A stretch of DNA of 62,323 nucleotides, counting the filler, from Thermodesulfobacteriota bacterium (lineage in GTDB: Bacteria > DASVDK01): assembly GCA_036381125.1 (NCBI GenBank). It is 8 parts of 8 records of this genome, joined end to end, with 100 filler letters (N's around TTAATTAATTAA, not from the genome) between each part and the next. Parts side by side here need not be neighbours in the genome. Positions count along the whole stretch, not along the records: positions 26,194 to 41,293 come from DASVDK010000178.1; 7 more parts are not named here. One strand, written 5' to 3'. The notes under the pieces are model-generated. The model was not told where the DNA came from, ran no database searches, and was given only the letters and a program-made list of their open reading frames with translations. This document shows, piece after piece, positions 27,479 through 37,674 of the stretch (the first letter of the stretch is position 1; each line of letters starts with the position of its first letter). A program made the translations under genes and the position numbers.

Positions 27479-28756
27479 ATGCCAACCGTCGCGTACCGTG
27501 GGGGCCGCCTCCACTGCGAGGAGGTGCCGCTCGACGCCATTGCCCGCGAGGTTGGCACGCCCACGTTCGTCTACAGCCACGCCGCCATCGTCGCCGCGTA
27601 CGACGCCCTCGACCGCGCCCTGGCCGCGAGGCCGCACCTCGTCTGCTACGCGCTCAAGGCCAACGGGAACCTCGCCGTCGTGCGCGCGCTCGCCGCGCGG
27701 GGCGCCGGCGCCGACGTGACCAGCGGGGGTGAGCTCTACCGGGCGCTCGCGGCCGGCATCCCCGCCTCGCGCATCGTCTACGCCGGCGTCGGCAAGCGCG
27801 ACGACGAGATCGCCACGGCGCTCGAGGCGGGCATCCTCGGCTTCAACGTGGAGAGCGAGGCCGAACTCGAGGCGATCGACGCGATCGCCGGCCGGCTGGG
27901 CCGCCGCGCCCGCGTGGCCATCCGCGTCAACCCCGACGTCGACCCGCGCACGCATCCGTACATCGCGACGGGGCTCACCGACACCAAGTTCGGCATCCCC
28001 ATGGGGCGCGCGCTCGACGCCTACCGCCGGGCGCTCGGCCTCGCGCACCTCGACGTGGTCGGCGTCGACTGCCACATCGGCTCGCAGCTCACCGACCTCG
28101 CGCCGCTGGCCGAGGCGTTCGCTCGACTCAGGGCCTTCACCCTCGAGGTCCGCGCGCTCGGCGCGCCGCTCGAGTACGTGGACGTGGGCGGCGGCATCGG
28201 CATCCCCTACCACGAGGGGCAGGCGGCGCCGGACCCCGACGCCTACGCGAGGACCGTCCTCGAGGGGGTCGGCGACCTCGGGCTCACCGTCATCGTGGAG
28301 CCGGGCCGGTTCCTCGTGGGCAACGCCGGCGTCCTCCTCACCCGGGTGCTCTTCACCAAGCCCAGGGCGGTCGGCAACGGCGCCACGCGGTTCGTGATCG
28401 TGGACGCCGCCATGAACGACCTGATCCGGCCGAGCCTCTACCAGGCGCACCACGACCTCGTGCCGGTGGCCGAGCCGGCGCCGGGGGGGGAGCCGGTCGT
28501 CGCCGACGTGGTGGGGCCGGTCTGCGAATCGGCCGACTTCCTCGCGAAGGCGCGCCCGCTGCCGCCGCTCGAGCGGGGCGATCTGGTCGCGGTACGCTCG
28601 GCCGGGGCGTACGGCTTCGTCATGGCGTCGAACTACAACGCGCGCCCCCGCGCGGCGGAGGTGCTCGTGCACGGGCGCGAGTTCGCCGTGGTCCGCGCGC
28701 GCGAGACCTACGAGGACCTGGTGCGCGGCGAGACGATTCCGCCCTTTCTCCGGTAA
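27479..28756 (+). CDS. lysA: Diaminopimelate decarboxylase
   Basis: YALKAN, HIGSQ, DVGGG, EPGR, GPVCESAD and SNYN motifs. Confidence 0.97.
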   Translation: MPTVAYRGGRLHCEEVPLDAIAREVGTPTFVYSHAAIVAAYDALDRALAARPHLVCYALKANGNLAVVRALAARGAGADVTSGGELYRALAAGIPASRIVYAGVGKRDDEIATALEAGILGFNVESEAELEAIDAIAGRLGRRARVAIRVNPDVDPRTHPYIATGLTDTKFGIPMGRALDAYRRALGLAHLDVVGVDCHIGSQLTDLAPLAEAFARLRAFTLEVRALGAPLEYVDVGGGIGIPYHEGQAAPDPDAYARTVLEGVGDLGLTVIVEPGRFLVGNAGVLLTRVLFTKPRAVGNGATRFVIVDAAMNDLIRPSLYQAHHDLVPVAEPAPGGEPVVADVVGPVCESADFLAKARPLPPLERGDLVAVRSAGAYGFVMASNYNARPRAAEVLVHGREFAVVRARETYEDLVRGETIPPFLR

Positions 28757-28767
28757 GGAGGCTGCCC

Positions 28768-29646
28768 ATGTTCCGTGGCGCCATCACCGCTCTGGTGACC
28801 CCGTTCCGCAACGGACGCGTCGACGAGGAGCGCCTGCGGGCCCTCGTCGACCAGCAGGTGGCCGCCGGCATCGACGGGATCGTGCCGTGCGGCACCACGG
28901 GCGAATCGCCGACGCTCTCGCACGAGGAGCACGACCGGGTCGTCGCGATCGTCGTCGAGCAGGCGAAGGGCCGCACGAAGGTCATCGCCGGCACCGGCTC
29001 GAACGCCACCGAGGAGGCGGTCCGGCTCACCCGGCACGCGCAGGAGGTCGGCGCCGACGGCGCGCTCCTCGTCTCGCCCTACTACAACCGGCCGACGCAG
29101 GAGGGGCTCTACCAGCACTTCCGGCGGATCGCGCGGGAGGCGAAGGGCTTCCCGCTCGTCCTCTACAACATCCCCGGCCGCACCGGCGTCAACATCCTGC
29201 CCGAGACGATGGCGCGCCTCGCCGAGATCGAGAACATCGTCGGCGTCAAGGAGGCCACCGGCAACCTGACCCAGGCGATCGAGACGCTCCACCGATGCCC
29301 GAAGGGCTTCGTGATGCTCTCGGGCGACGACATCCTCACGCTGCCGCTCCTTGCGGTCGGCGCAGTGGGCGTCATCTCGGTCAGCGCCAACATCATCCCC
29401 GCCGACGTGAAGGCGTGCGTGGACGCGTGGGCGGCCGGGCGGCCGGAGGAGGCGAAGCGCTGGCACGACAGGATGGTCCCGATCCACCAGGCGATGTTCG
29501 TCGAGACCAACCCGGCGCCGGTCAAGACCGCCATGGCGATGCTCGGCATGATCGAGGGCGAGATCCGGCTGCCGCTCTGCGGCCTCTCGGAGGCCAACAC
29601 CGAGAAGCTGCGGGCGGCCCTGCGGCAGTACGGCCTGCCGGCCTGA
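28768..29646 (+). CDS. dapA: 4-hydroxy-tetrahydrodipicolinate synthase
   Basis: GTTGES, PYYNRP, LYNIPGRT and GVKEA motifs. Confidence 0.97.
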   Translation: MFRGAITALVTPFRNGRVDEERLRALVDQQVAAGIDGIVPCGTTGESPTLSHEEHDRVVAIVVEQAKGRTKVIAGTGSNATEEAVRLTRHAQEVGADGALLVSPYYNRPTQEGLYQHFRRIAREAKGFPLVLYNIPGRTGVNILPETMARLAEIENIVGVKEATGNLTQAIETLHRCPKGFVMLSGDDILTLPLLAVGAVGVISVSANIIPADVKACVDAWAAGRPEEAKRWHDRMVPIHQAMFVETNPAPVKTAMAMLGMIEGEIRLPLCGLSEANTEKLRAALRQYGLPA

Positions 29647-29651
29647 CGCCG

Positions 29652-30464
29652 ATGCCCCCCATCGCGCTCGTCGTCACCGGGGCCGCCGGCCGCATGGGCG
29701 GCCGGATCCTCGCGCTCGCCAGCGAGGCGGGCGACTTCCGCCTGGTCGGCGCGCTCGAGCACCCGGGCCACGCCGCGCTCGGGCAGGACGCGCTCGCGCG
29801 GCTCGGCCTGCCGCCCGCCGGCGTGCCGATCGCCACCTCCCTCGGCGACGCCGCCTGGCGTGCGGCCGATGTGGTGGTGGACTTCTCGTCGCCCGAGGGT
29901 ACGCTCGCCACCCTCGCCGCGGCCGCCGGACGGCCGCGCGGCTGGGTCATCGGCACGACCGGGCTCACGCACGCCCAGAAGGCCGAGGTGGCGCGGCTCG
30001 TCGGCCTGGCGCCCGCGGTCGTCGCCTCCAACATGAGCGCCGGCGTGACGCTCCTGCTCGCCGTGGTCGAGGACCTCGCGCGGCGGCTGCCGGACTTCGA
30101 CATCGAGATCACCGAGGCCCACCACCGCCACAAGAAGGACGCGCCGTCCGGCACCGCCCTCTCGCTCGGCGAGGCGGCCGCGCGCGGCCGCGGCGTGGCG
30201 CTCGAGCGGGCCGGCGTCTTCACCCGCCACGGGCAGACCGGCGAGCGCCCGGCCGGCGCCATCGGCTTCCAGGCGATCCGCGCCGGCGACATCGTGGGGG
30301 ACCACAGCGTCATGTTCGCCGGCACCGGCGAGCGGATCGAGGTGATCCATCGCGCCCACTCGCGCGACACGTTCGCCGCGGGGGCCCTCAGGGCCGCCCG
30401 CTGGGTGTGCGAGCCGGGCCGGGCGCCGGGCGTCTACGACATGCGACAGGTGCTCGGGCTCTGA
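29652..30464 (+). CDS. dapB: 4-hydroxy-tetrahydrodipicolinate reductase
   Basis: GAAGRMG, GTTG and EAHHRHKKDAPSGTA motifs. Confidence 0.97.
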   Translation: MPPIALVVTGAAGRMGGRILALASEAGDFRLVGALEHPGHAALGQDALARLGLPPAGVPIATSLGDAAWRAADVVVDFSSPEGTLATLAAAAGRPRGWVIGTTGLTHAQKAEVARLVGLAPAVVASNMSAGVTLLLAVVEDLARRLPDFDIEITEAHHRHKKDAPSGTALSLGEAAARGRGVALERAGVFTRHGQTGERPAGAIGFQAIRAGDIVGDHSVMFAGTGERIEVIHRAHSRDTFAAGALRAARWVCEPGRAPGVYDMRQVLGL

Positions 30465-30712
30465 TGCGCCTCCTCGTTCTGATCGGCGCGCTCGTCCTCC
30501 TCGTGCTCCTCGTGCGGTCGATGACGGCCGGCGGCGGGCGGCGGACCGTCGAGGCCGCGAGGCGCAGGGTGGCCGGCGAGGAGCTGGTGCGCGACCCCAT
30601 CTGCGACACCTACGTGCCGCGCAGCGCGGCGGTCAGCGCCGCGGTCGGCGGCGAGACGCGGCTCTTCTGCAGCCGCGCCTGCGCCGAGCGGTACCGGGCG
30701 GCGGCGTCGTGA
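30464..30712 (+). CDS. Small membrane protein with YHS/TRASH metal-binding domain
   Basis: TM segment then DPIC.TY…FCSRAC; TGATG overlap with dapB. Confidence 0.8.
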   Translation: MRLLVLIGALVLLVLLVRSMTAGGGRRTVEAARRRVAGEELVRDPICDTYVPRSAAVSAAVGGETRLFCSRACAERYRAAAS

Positions 30713-31362
30713 CGACCCCCGACACGTCGCCGTATCGCTACATCGTGGTCGAGGGGCCCATCGGGGTCGGCAAGACCAGCCTCGCCCGCCGGCTGGCCGA
30801 CTCCTTCAAGGCCAGGCTCGTGCTCGAGCCGGTGGCGGAGAACCCCTTCCTCGAGCAGTTCTACAAGGACCGGCGGAAGTACGCCTTCCAGACCCAGCTC
30901 TACTTCCTCACGGCCCGCTACCAGCAGCAGCAGGAGCTGGCGCAGCCCGATCTCTTCGCGAAGGCGGCGGTCGGCGACTACCTCTTCGCGAAGGACCGGA
31001 TCTTCGCCTACCTGAACCTCGACGACACCGAGCTGGCGATGTACGAGAAGGTCTACAAGATGGTCGAGCCGACCGTGCCCCGGCCGGACCTCGTCATCTA
31101 CCTCCAGGCGCAGATCGACGTGCTGCGCGAGCGGATCCGGCGGCGCGGCCGTGGGAGCGAGCGCTGGCTCGAGCCTCGCTACCTCGAGGAGGTCGTCCAG
31201 GCGTACAATACGTACTTCTTCCACTATGCGGACTCGCCGTTGCTCGTCGTGAACACGACCGACGCCGACTTCGAGAACCACCCCGACGACTACGCCGACC
31301 TCCTGCGCGAGGTCCGCGCCATGGGGCGGGGGACGCAGTACTTCGTCCCCCGCCGGCGCTAG
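30709..31362 (+). CDS. Deoxynucleoside kinase
   Basis: EGPIGVGKT P-loop, FQTQL.FL..R, PDLVIYL and RI..RGR. Confidence 0.92.
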   Translation: MTTPDTSPYRYIVVEGPIGVGKTSLARRLADSFKARLVLEPVAENPFLEQFYKDRRKYAFQTQLYFLTARYQQQQELAQPDLFAKAAVGDYLFAKDRIFAYLNLDDTELAMYEKVYKMVEPTVPRPDLVIYLQAQIDVLRERIRRRGRGSERWLEPRYLEEVVQAYNTYFFHYADSPLLVVNTTDADFENHPDDYADLLREVRAMGRGTQYFVPRRR

Positions 31363-31376
31363 GCCCGAGGGCGCGC

Positions 31377-31949
31377 ATGGACGGCCTCGGCCGCCGCAGG
31401 TGGGCGCTGGTCCTGGCCCTCGCCCTGGCCGCCTGGCTCGGCGACCTGCTGCGGCTGCCCTTCCCCTACGTGCCGCCCACGGCCAGGCTCCTGCCGGCCA
31501 TCATGGCCGGGGCCTTCCTCGGCCCCGGCTCGGGCGGGCTCTCGCAAGGGCTCTTCGCCGGCGCCGTGCTGGCGGCGGCCGCCGCGGGGGTCGGCGAGGC
31601 CGACAGCGTCAGGGCCGCCCTGCCGCCCGACCTCGGCTACCGGCTCGCCCTGCCGCTCGCCGCGGCTGCGGCCGGTCACCTGGCCGGCCCCGACCGGAAG
31701 GCGACCGCGACCCGCGTCCTGGCCGGCGGCCTGGCCGCCCTCGCCATCGTCGACGGCCTCGGCGTTGCCGCCCTCGCCTGGCTGCTCCCCCCGAGGCTCC
31801 CCCAACCGATCGCCGCCTCGGGCATCCTGCGAGTCGGCGTCGCCTTCCCCCTGCCCTGGGACCTCCTCCAGATCGCCGTCGCCGCCGCCCTGGTCCCGCG
31901 CCTCCGCAGGCGGGCGCCCTGGCTTGCTTTCCCAGGGAAATCGCCGTAA
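31377..31949 (+). CDS. BioY-like ECF S-component (divergent)
   Basis: PYVP.T, AGAFLG…G.LSQ, P.LGY and final 'PWDLLQ' helix. Confidence 0.6.
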   Translation: MDGLGRRRWALVLALALAAWLGDLLRLPFPYVPPTARLLPAIMAGAFLGPGSGGLSQGLFAGAVLAAAAAGVGEADSVRAALPPDLGYRLALPLAAAAAGHLAGPDRKATATRVLAGGLAALAIVDGLGVAALAWLLPPRLPQPIAASGILRVGVAFPLPWDLLQIAVAAALVPRLRRRAPWLAFPGKSP

Positions 31950-31952
31950 TAT
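31924..31952 (+). promoter_or_regulatory. sigma70-type promoter for smpB-ssrA
   Basis: TTGCTT-17 nt-TAATAT. Confidence 0.6.
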
Positions 31953-31993
31953 AACCGGTCCGCCCGAGGATCGGGCGGCGGAGCCCGAATGCA

Positions 31994-32470
31994 ATGGCCG
32001 AGAACGGCGGGCAGGCGATCGCGACCAACAAGAAGGCGTTCCACGATTACTTCATCGAGGAGCGCTACGAGGCCGGCCTCGTCCTCTCCGGGAGCGAGGT
32101 CAAGAGCCTGCGCATGGGCAAGGCGAACCTTCAGGATGCCTACGCGCGGGTCATGAACGACGAGGTGTTCCTCCTCGGGGCGCACATCAGCCCCTACGCC
32201 GCCGCCTCGTACTTCAACCACGACGCCACCCGCACGCGCAAGCTCCTCCTCCACCGCAAGGAGATCCAGCGGCTCATCGGCAAGACGACCCAGAAGGGGC
32301 TCACGCTGGTGCCGCTCAGGCTCTACTGGAAGGACGGCCGCGCCAAGGTCGAGCTCGGGCTCGCCCGCGGCAAGCGGCAGTACGACAAGCGCGAGACCGC
32401 CAGGAAGCGCGAGGCGGAGCGCGAGATCTCGAAGGTCTTCAAGGCGTCGCGCCGCAGGCACGACGCCTGA
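31994..32470 (+). CDS. smpB: SsrA-binding protein
   Basis: [21 protein letters not shown] and GK..YDKR. Confidence 0.98.
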   Translation: MAENGGQAIATNKKAFHDYFIEERYEAGLVLSGSEVKSLRMGKANLQDAYARVMNDEVFLLGAHISPYAAASYFNHDATRTRKLLLHRKEIQRLIGKTTQKGLTLVPLRLYWKDGRAKVELGLARGKRQYDKRETARKREAEREISKVFKASRRRHDA

Positions 32471-32530
32471 GGGCGGCTGTTGCGCCGAGCCGACGGGCCT
32501 ACGCCCGGAAGGCAGGGCGCCAGATCACAA

Positions 32531-32904
32531 GGGGGCGACAGGGTTCGACGGGGACACGGAAGCGGAAGGTGCGCGCCGAGGTGAGGAGCCTCGTTAAACA
32601 ACCTCACACAATCAAGCGCCAACGACAACGTCGAAGTCGCGCTCGCTGCCTAGTGCAGCCCGGGCGGCCTGAAAGCCGCCCGGAAGTCGCCGTAACCCCC
32701 GCCTACGGGGCGACGGCGGCTCAAAGCTTGTAGGCTAGCCTCCTCCCGACGCCTGGGGGGGAGGGGGCGAAATCGTACCCGGGCTGGGCCGGATGGGATC
32801 CTGTCTCGGGGAGCCCGCCGGCCGACACCGAACCGGGGCTACGCGCGTAGGACCTTCACGTGTACGGTCTTCGGACGGGGGTTCGATTCCCCCCGCCTCC
32901 ACCA
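32531..32904 (+). ncRNA. ssrA: tmRNA; tag ORF 32618-32653 encodes ANDNVEVALAA*
   Basis: 5' GGGGGCG pairs with 3' CGCCTCC-ACCA, giving G3:U; GGTTCGATTCC T-arm; tag ends in ALAA; adjacent to smpB. Confidence 0.97.
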
Positions 32905-33426
32905 CTTCCTTGCTGGACTTCCCGGCAGCAACCCACTGGCGGCCATCGCAGGAGTTCCACATCGGAGTCTCCGGTGGCCGCTTCCGTTCGTCTGCGCTGC
33001 TCGCGGGTCATCGCAGCTCCGCTCGAGGTGCGCGGCACCGGCTCGCCGAGCGCCCCGCGAACCTCCTCTTCGTCCTGCGGTCGGCGCTGCGGGGAGCCGA
33101 GTCTTGGAGAGTCGAGCCGTTGCGGGCGGGCCGCTACGCCGCGCGCGCTGCTATCCTTCTCGTCACGGCTCGAGTCCCCGGCGAGCGGTCTGCGGGTTCC
33201 GTGCTCGCCGTCGGCAGCCACGTCCGGCAGGTGCCGGGGGCGCTCCCCGGGGCGCCCGCGATCGCGCCGATTCCGGCGCGGCCGGGCGAAGGCGCACCGC
33301 GGACCGGGCGACGCGGGGGGCGCGTGGGCGCTTCGAGTGGGCGAACCGGTGCGGCGGGCCCGAGCACGCGTGATCGGATCGAGGGGGCGGCCGGGCAATC
33401 CCGCGGCTGTATCCAGGGGAGGCAGG

Positions 33427-34677
33427 ATGGCTGAGCGAGACGACGAAATCGCGTTCGAGTCCCTCAAGACCCGGTTCCTCGACGGCAAGCTCTCCCGCGA
33501 GGCGTTCCTCCGCGAGGCGACGGCCCTCGGCCGGGGCGCTGCCGCGTACGCCTGGCTCGGCGATCCGGACCCCGCGGCGGCGGGCGAGGCGGCCTCGAGC
33601 GAGCCCGGGCCGGCGGTATCGGCGGCCGAGGTCGCCAGGCTCGCGGAGCGGGCGGAGGTGATCACCTTCACGCCGAAGCCGGAGCAGTTCGCCTGGACCT
33701 TCGGCGGGGTCGCGCCGGTGATGCACGTCAGGCCAGGGCAGCTCCTCAAGCTCTGGACCGAGGACGCCTTTGCCGGCAACATCAGGACGAAGAAGGACCT
33801 CCCCTCCAGGGTCATCAGGTACCCGTTCGTGAACCCGCAGACCGGCCCCTTCTACGTCGAGGGGGCCGAGGTCGGGGACACGCTCGCGATCCACTTCGTC
33901 GACGTCCAGCCGGCGGCCAACCAGGGGATCAGCACGACGATCCCGCTCTTCGGCGGCCTGACACCGACCGCGTACACGCAGCTGCTGAGTCCGGCGCTCC
34001 CGGAGGTGGTCTGGATCTACCGGGTCAACCGGGACCGGGGCACCGTCGGCTACGACGCGAACGACTCCTCGTACTCGGTGGAGATCCCGCTCGAGCCGTT
34101 CCTCGGGACGGTGGGGGTTGCGCCGAGGGCGATGGAGGCGCGCAACGTGCTCGTGCCGGAGGCCTTCGGCGGTAACATGGACACCCCCGAGGCGAGGGCC
34201 GGCACGACGATCTACCTCGGCGTCAACGTGCCGGGCGCGCTCTTCAGCATCGGCGACGGGCACTACGCGCAGAGCGAAGGGGAACTCTGCGGTGTCGCGG
34301 TCGAGGGGCGGATGCGCACGACGCTCCTCGTCGACGTGATCAAGAACGTCTACGTCGACTGGCCGAGGCTCGAGAACGACGAGTTCATCATGACCGCCGG
34401 CAGCTACCGGCCGCTCGAGGACGCCTACCGGATCGCCTTCACACAGATGGTGCGCTGGGTGTCGGCCGAGTGCGGCCTGTCGGTCATGGATGCCTACCAG
34501 CTCGTCTCGCAGGTGGCCCGCACCCACGTCGCGAACGTCGTCGACCCCAACTACACGATCATCGCGAAGGTGGCGAAGCGCTACCTGAGGCCGGGCTCGG
34601 CCGTCATGAACGGCACGCACGGGAAGCTGAGGGCGCTCGCCCGGGCCCTCGGGGAGCGGGCGCGCGCCTCGGCGTGA
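33427..34677 (+). CDS. Acetamidase/formamidase family protein
   Basis: NPQTGPFYVEGA..GDTL, GGNMD, GDGHYAQSEGE..G.AVE. Confidence 0.92.
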   Translation: MAERDDEIAFESLKTRFLDGKLSREAFLREATALGRGAAAYAWLGDPDPAAAGEAASSEPGPAVSAAEVARLAERAEVITFTPKPEQFAWTFGGVAPVMHVRPGQLLKLWTEDAFAGNIRTKKDLPSRVIRYPFVNPQTGPFYVEGAEVGDTLAIHFVDVQPAANQGISTTIPLFGGLTPTAYTQLLSPALPEVVWIYRVNRDRGTVGYDANDSSYSVEIPLEPFLGTVGVAPRAMEARNVLVPEAFGGNMDTPEARAGTTIYLGVNVPGALFSIGDGHYAQSEGELCGVAVEGRMRTTLLVDVIKNVYVDWPRLENDEFIMTAGSYRPLEDAYRIAFTQMVRWVSAECGLSVMDAYQLVSQVARTHVANVVDPNYTIIAKVAKRYLRPGSAVMNGTHGKLRALARALGERARASA

Positions 34678-34700
34678 CCGGCCGGCAAATGGAGGAGATC

Positions 34701-36161
34701 ATGACGCTCGCCCTTCGACGGCCCGGCGGCGGCAGTCCGGCGTACAGCTGCGATACGCTGGTGGCGCTCCCGGATGTCACGACCACCGGCACGACGATCC
34801 TCGGCAAGAACAGCGATCGGCCGGTCTTCGACTGCCAGCCGCTCGTCTACTCTCCGAGACGCACGGCCGGCCCGCGCGCGCGGCTCAGGCTCGCCTACCT
34901 GGAGATCCCTGACGCGGAGACGAGCTACGCGACCCTCGGGTCGAGCCCCTACTGGTGCTGGGGCTACGAGGAGGGGCTGAACGAGTTCGGGGTCGCGATC
35001 GGCAACGAGGCGATCTTCACCGCCACCTGTGCGGCTGCCGTCGCGGAGGCCCGGGCCGGGCGGCCGCCGGCCCCGGGGCTCCTCGGGATGGAGCTCCTGC
35101 GGCTCGGCCTCGAGCGGGGACGGAGCGCCAGGGAGGCGCTCGCCGTCATGACCGGCCTCGTCGAGGCGTACGGGCAGTGGGGCTCGGGGGTTCCCGCCTG
35201 CGGCCACGAGGCGGGGGCCTACGACAACTCGTACATCATCGCCGACCCGCGCGAGGCGTGGGTGCTCGAGACGGCCGGGCGGCGGTGGGTGGCCCGCCGC
35301 TTCACGGGCGGCACGGCCGCGATCTCCAACGAGCCGAGCATCCGGGACGCCTGGGACCTCGCGAGCGCCGATCTCGTCGGCTACGCCGTGGAGCAGGGGT
35401 GGTGGCCGGCCGACCGGCGCGGCGCGTTCGACTTCGCCCGCGCGTACGTGGACCTCGCCAGGCCGCTCCAGGTCTCGCACATCCGGGTCCAGCGATCCCG
35501 CCAGCTCCTCGCCGAGAAGGCGCGGGAGAAGGCCGTCTCGCCGGGCTGGGTCGCGCGGATCCTCCGGGACCACTACGAGGACACCTTCCTCGGCGGCCCC
35601 TACTTCAACGCGGCGCTGCCCGACTTCCTCAGTCTCTGCATGCACAGCCACCCGGCCGGCTTCACCTGGGGCAACACCGCCTCGTCGGCCATCTTCGTCC
35701 TGCCGGCCGATCCCGGCCGGCTCGCGCAGCTCTGGTGGACGCCCGTAACGCCCTGCACCGGCTGTTACGTGCCGTTCTTCGTCGACGCCGGCGGCGTGCC
35801 GGAGACGGTGTCGCGGGCCGGCAGCGAGAGGCGATCCGTGACGCCGCCCAACGAGGCGCGGCCCGATACGCCGGCGCCGGACTCCTACTGGTGGCGCTTC
35901 CGGACGCTCCTCGACAGGGTGAAGGGGAACGAGACGGGCGATCACTACCGGCATCGCCAGCCCGTCGTGCGGGCCCGTTTCGACGAGCTCGAGCGCGCGT
36001 TCGCGGCCGAGGCCGAGACGGTCGAGCGGGAGGCTGTCGCGGCGAGGCGCCGGGGCGGGACCGGCGGGGCAGCGCGGATGTTGCGGGACTTCACCGCCCG
36101 GTGCGTCGAGCGCGCCGCGGCGGCCGCAACCGAACTGATCGAGACGTTCGGCCGGGCGTGA
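34701..36161 (+). CDS. C69 dipeptidase / secernin-like Ntn hydrolase
   Basis: SCDTLV (nucleophile Cys), GKNSDRP, WGYE.G.NE.GVAIGNEA; GGAGGAG RBS. Confidence 0.88.
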   Translation: MTLALRRPGGGSPAYSCDTLVALPDVTTTGTTILGKNSDRPVFDCQPLVYSPRRTAGPRARLRLAYLEIPDAETSYATLGSSPYWCWGYEEGLNEFGVAIGNEAIFTATCAAAVAEARAGRPPAPGLLGMELLRLGLERGRSAREALAVMTGLVEAYGQWGSGVPACGHEAGAYDNSYIIADPREAWVLETAGRRWVARRFTGGTAAISNEPSIRDAWDLASADLVGYAVEQGWWPADRRGAFDFARAYVDLARPLQVSHIRVQRSRQLLAEKAREKAVSPGWVARILRDHYEDTFLGGPYFNAALPDFLSLCMHSHPAGFTWGNTASSAIFVLPADPGRLAQLWWTPVTPCTGCYVPFFVDAGGVPETVSRAGSERRSVTPPNEARPDTPAPDSYWWRFRTLLDRVKGNETGDHYRHRQPVVRARFDELERAFAAEAETVEREAVAARRRGGTGGAARMLRDFTARCVERAAAAATELIETFGRA

Positions 36162-36205
36162 GAGGCGCCGCCCCGGAGCCTGCAGCGGGCGGCCCGCGGT
36201 CCGTG

Positions 36206-36922
36206 CTAGACGGCCAGGTACCGGACGAGCTGGTCCCGGTCGCGTAGCTCCTCGCCCGAGAGGGTGGCGACGATCCGACCCTTGTCCATCGCATACGCCC
36301 GGTCGGCCACCTGGGCGATCAGGAAGGTGTTCTGCTCGACCAGGAGGATCGTCAACCCCTCCTCGCGCTTGAGACGGTTGAGCACGCGGCCGATCTCCTG
36401 GATGATGCTCGGCTGGATGCCGACCGACGGCTCGTCGAGGAGGAGGAGACTCGGCCGCCCGACCAGCGCGCGGGCGATGGCGAGCATCTGCTGCTGGCCG
36501 CCGCTGAAGGTTCCGGCGAGCTGGCGGCGGCGCTCCGCGAGGATCGGGAAGTACTCGTAGACGAGGTCGTAGCGCGGCCGATCCTTCGCGCGGTTGATCG
36601 TCTCCCCCATCACGAGGTTCTCCTCGACGGTGAGCTCGGGGAAGATCTCCCGGCCCTGCGGTACGTAGCCGATCCCCAGGGCGGCACGCCGGTCGGCCGG
36701 CAGCCGGGCGATGCTCTCGCCGTTCAGCCGCACGTCGCCCGAGCGGGGAGGGAGGAGCCCGATGACGGTCTTCATGAGGGTGGTCTTGCCGACCCCGTTG
36801 CGCCCGATGGTGGCGACGGTCTCGCCGGACTCGATGCGGAGCGCGACCCCCTGGAGGATGTCTCCGCCGTCGTAGCCGGCGCGCAGGTCCTCGACCTCGA
36901 GCCTCGGCCTCGCCCGCGACAT
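36206..36922 (-). CDS. Urea/amide-type ABC ATPase (UrtE-like)
   Basis: GRNGVGKT, YVPQGREIF, SGGQQQ and LDEPS.GIQPSII. Confidence 0.88.
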   Translation of the reverse strand: MSRARPRLEVEDLRAGYDGGDILQGVALRIESGETVATIGRNGVGKTTLMKTVIGLLPPRSGDVRLNGESIARLPADRRAALGIGYVPQGREIFPELTVEENLVMGETINRAKDRPRYDLVYEYFPILAERRRQLAGTFSGGQQQMLAIARALVGRPSLLLLDEPSVGIQPSIIQEIGRVLNRLKREEGLTILLVEQNTFLIAQVADRAYAMDKGRIVATLSGEELRDRDQLVRYLAV

Positions 36923-36924
36923 GC

Positions 36925-37674
36925 TCACTGCTCCCCGAGGTAGATGCGCCGGACCTCGCGGTTCGATTCGATCTCCGCGAGGCTGCCGTCCGCGAAAACG
37001 CGGCCGTAGTGCAGGACCGTCACGCGGCCGCCGACCTGCCGGATGAAGGCCATGTCGTGCTCCACGACGAGCAGGGTCACCCCCTGACGATTCAGGGCGA
37101 CGACGAACTCCGCGGTGAGGCTCGTCTCCCCGGGCGTCATCCCCGCCGTCGGCTCGTCGAGCAGCAGGAGATCGGGCTCGGTCGCGAGCGCGAGGCAGAT
37201 CTCGAGCCACTGCTGCTCGCTGTGAGGCAGCTCGCCGGCGAGGACGTCCATCCGCGGCGCGAGCCCGAGCGTCTCGAGCGCCCAGGCGAGGCGGCCGTTC
37301 GCTGCGCCGCGTCCTGCGTTCCCGTAGGCACCGCCGGCGATGAAGAGGTTCTGCGCGACGGTGAGCCCCCGGTAGACCCGGGTCGTCTGGAACTTCTGGC
37401 AGAGCCCCTTGCGCACGCGCCTGAACGGGGGGAGGTGGGTGATGTCCTCGCCCTCGAAGCGGATGTGCCCGGCGTCGGGCCGGTGGATCCCGGAGAGAAG
37501 CGCGAAGAGCGTGGACTTGCCGGCCCCGTTCGGGCCGATGAGGCACCTGAGCTCACCCCCGGCGACCGTGAGATCGAGCTGATCGACGGCGCGGACCCCG
37601 CCGAAGGACTTCGTCAGCTTCTCGACCCGCAGGATCGCCTCGCGATCCGCGGCCACCTGCCCCGGCCCCGTCAT
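36925..37674 (-). CDS. ABC ATPase (UrtD-like)
   Basis: GPNGAGKS, QWLEI, LLDEPTAGM and VEHDM. Confidence 0.88.
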   Translation of the reverse strand: MTGPGQVAADREAILRVEKLTKSFGGVRAVDQLDLTVAGGELRCLIGPNGAGKSTLFALLSGIHRPDAGHIRFEGEDITHLPPFRRVRKGLCQKFQTTRVYRGLTVAQNLFIAGGAYGNAGRGAANGRLAWALETLGLAPRMDVLAGELPHSEQQWLEICLALATEPDLLLLDEPTAGMTPGETSLTAEFVVALNRQGVTLLVVEHDMAFIRQVGGRVTVLHYGRVFADGSLAEIESNREVRRIYLGEQ

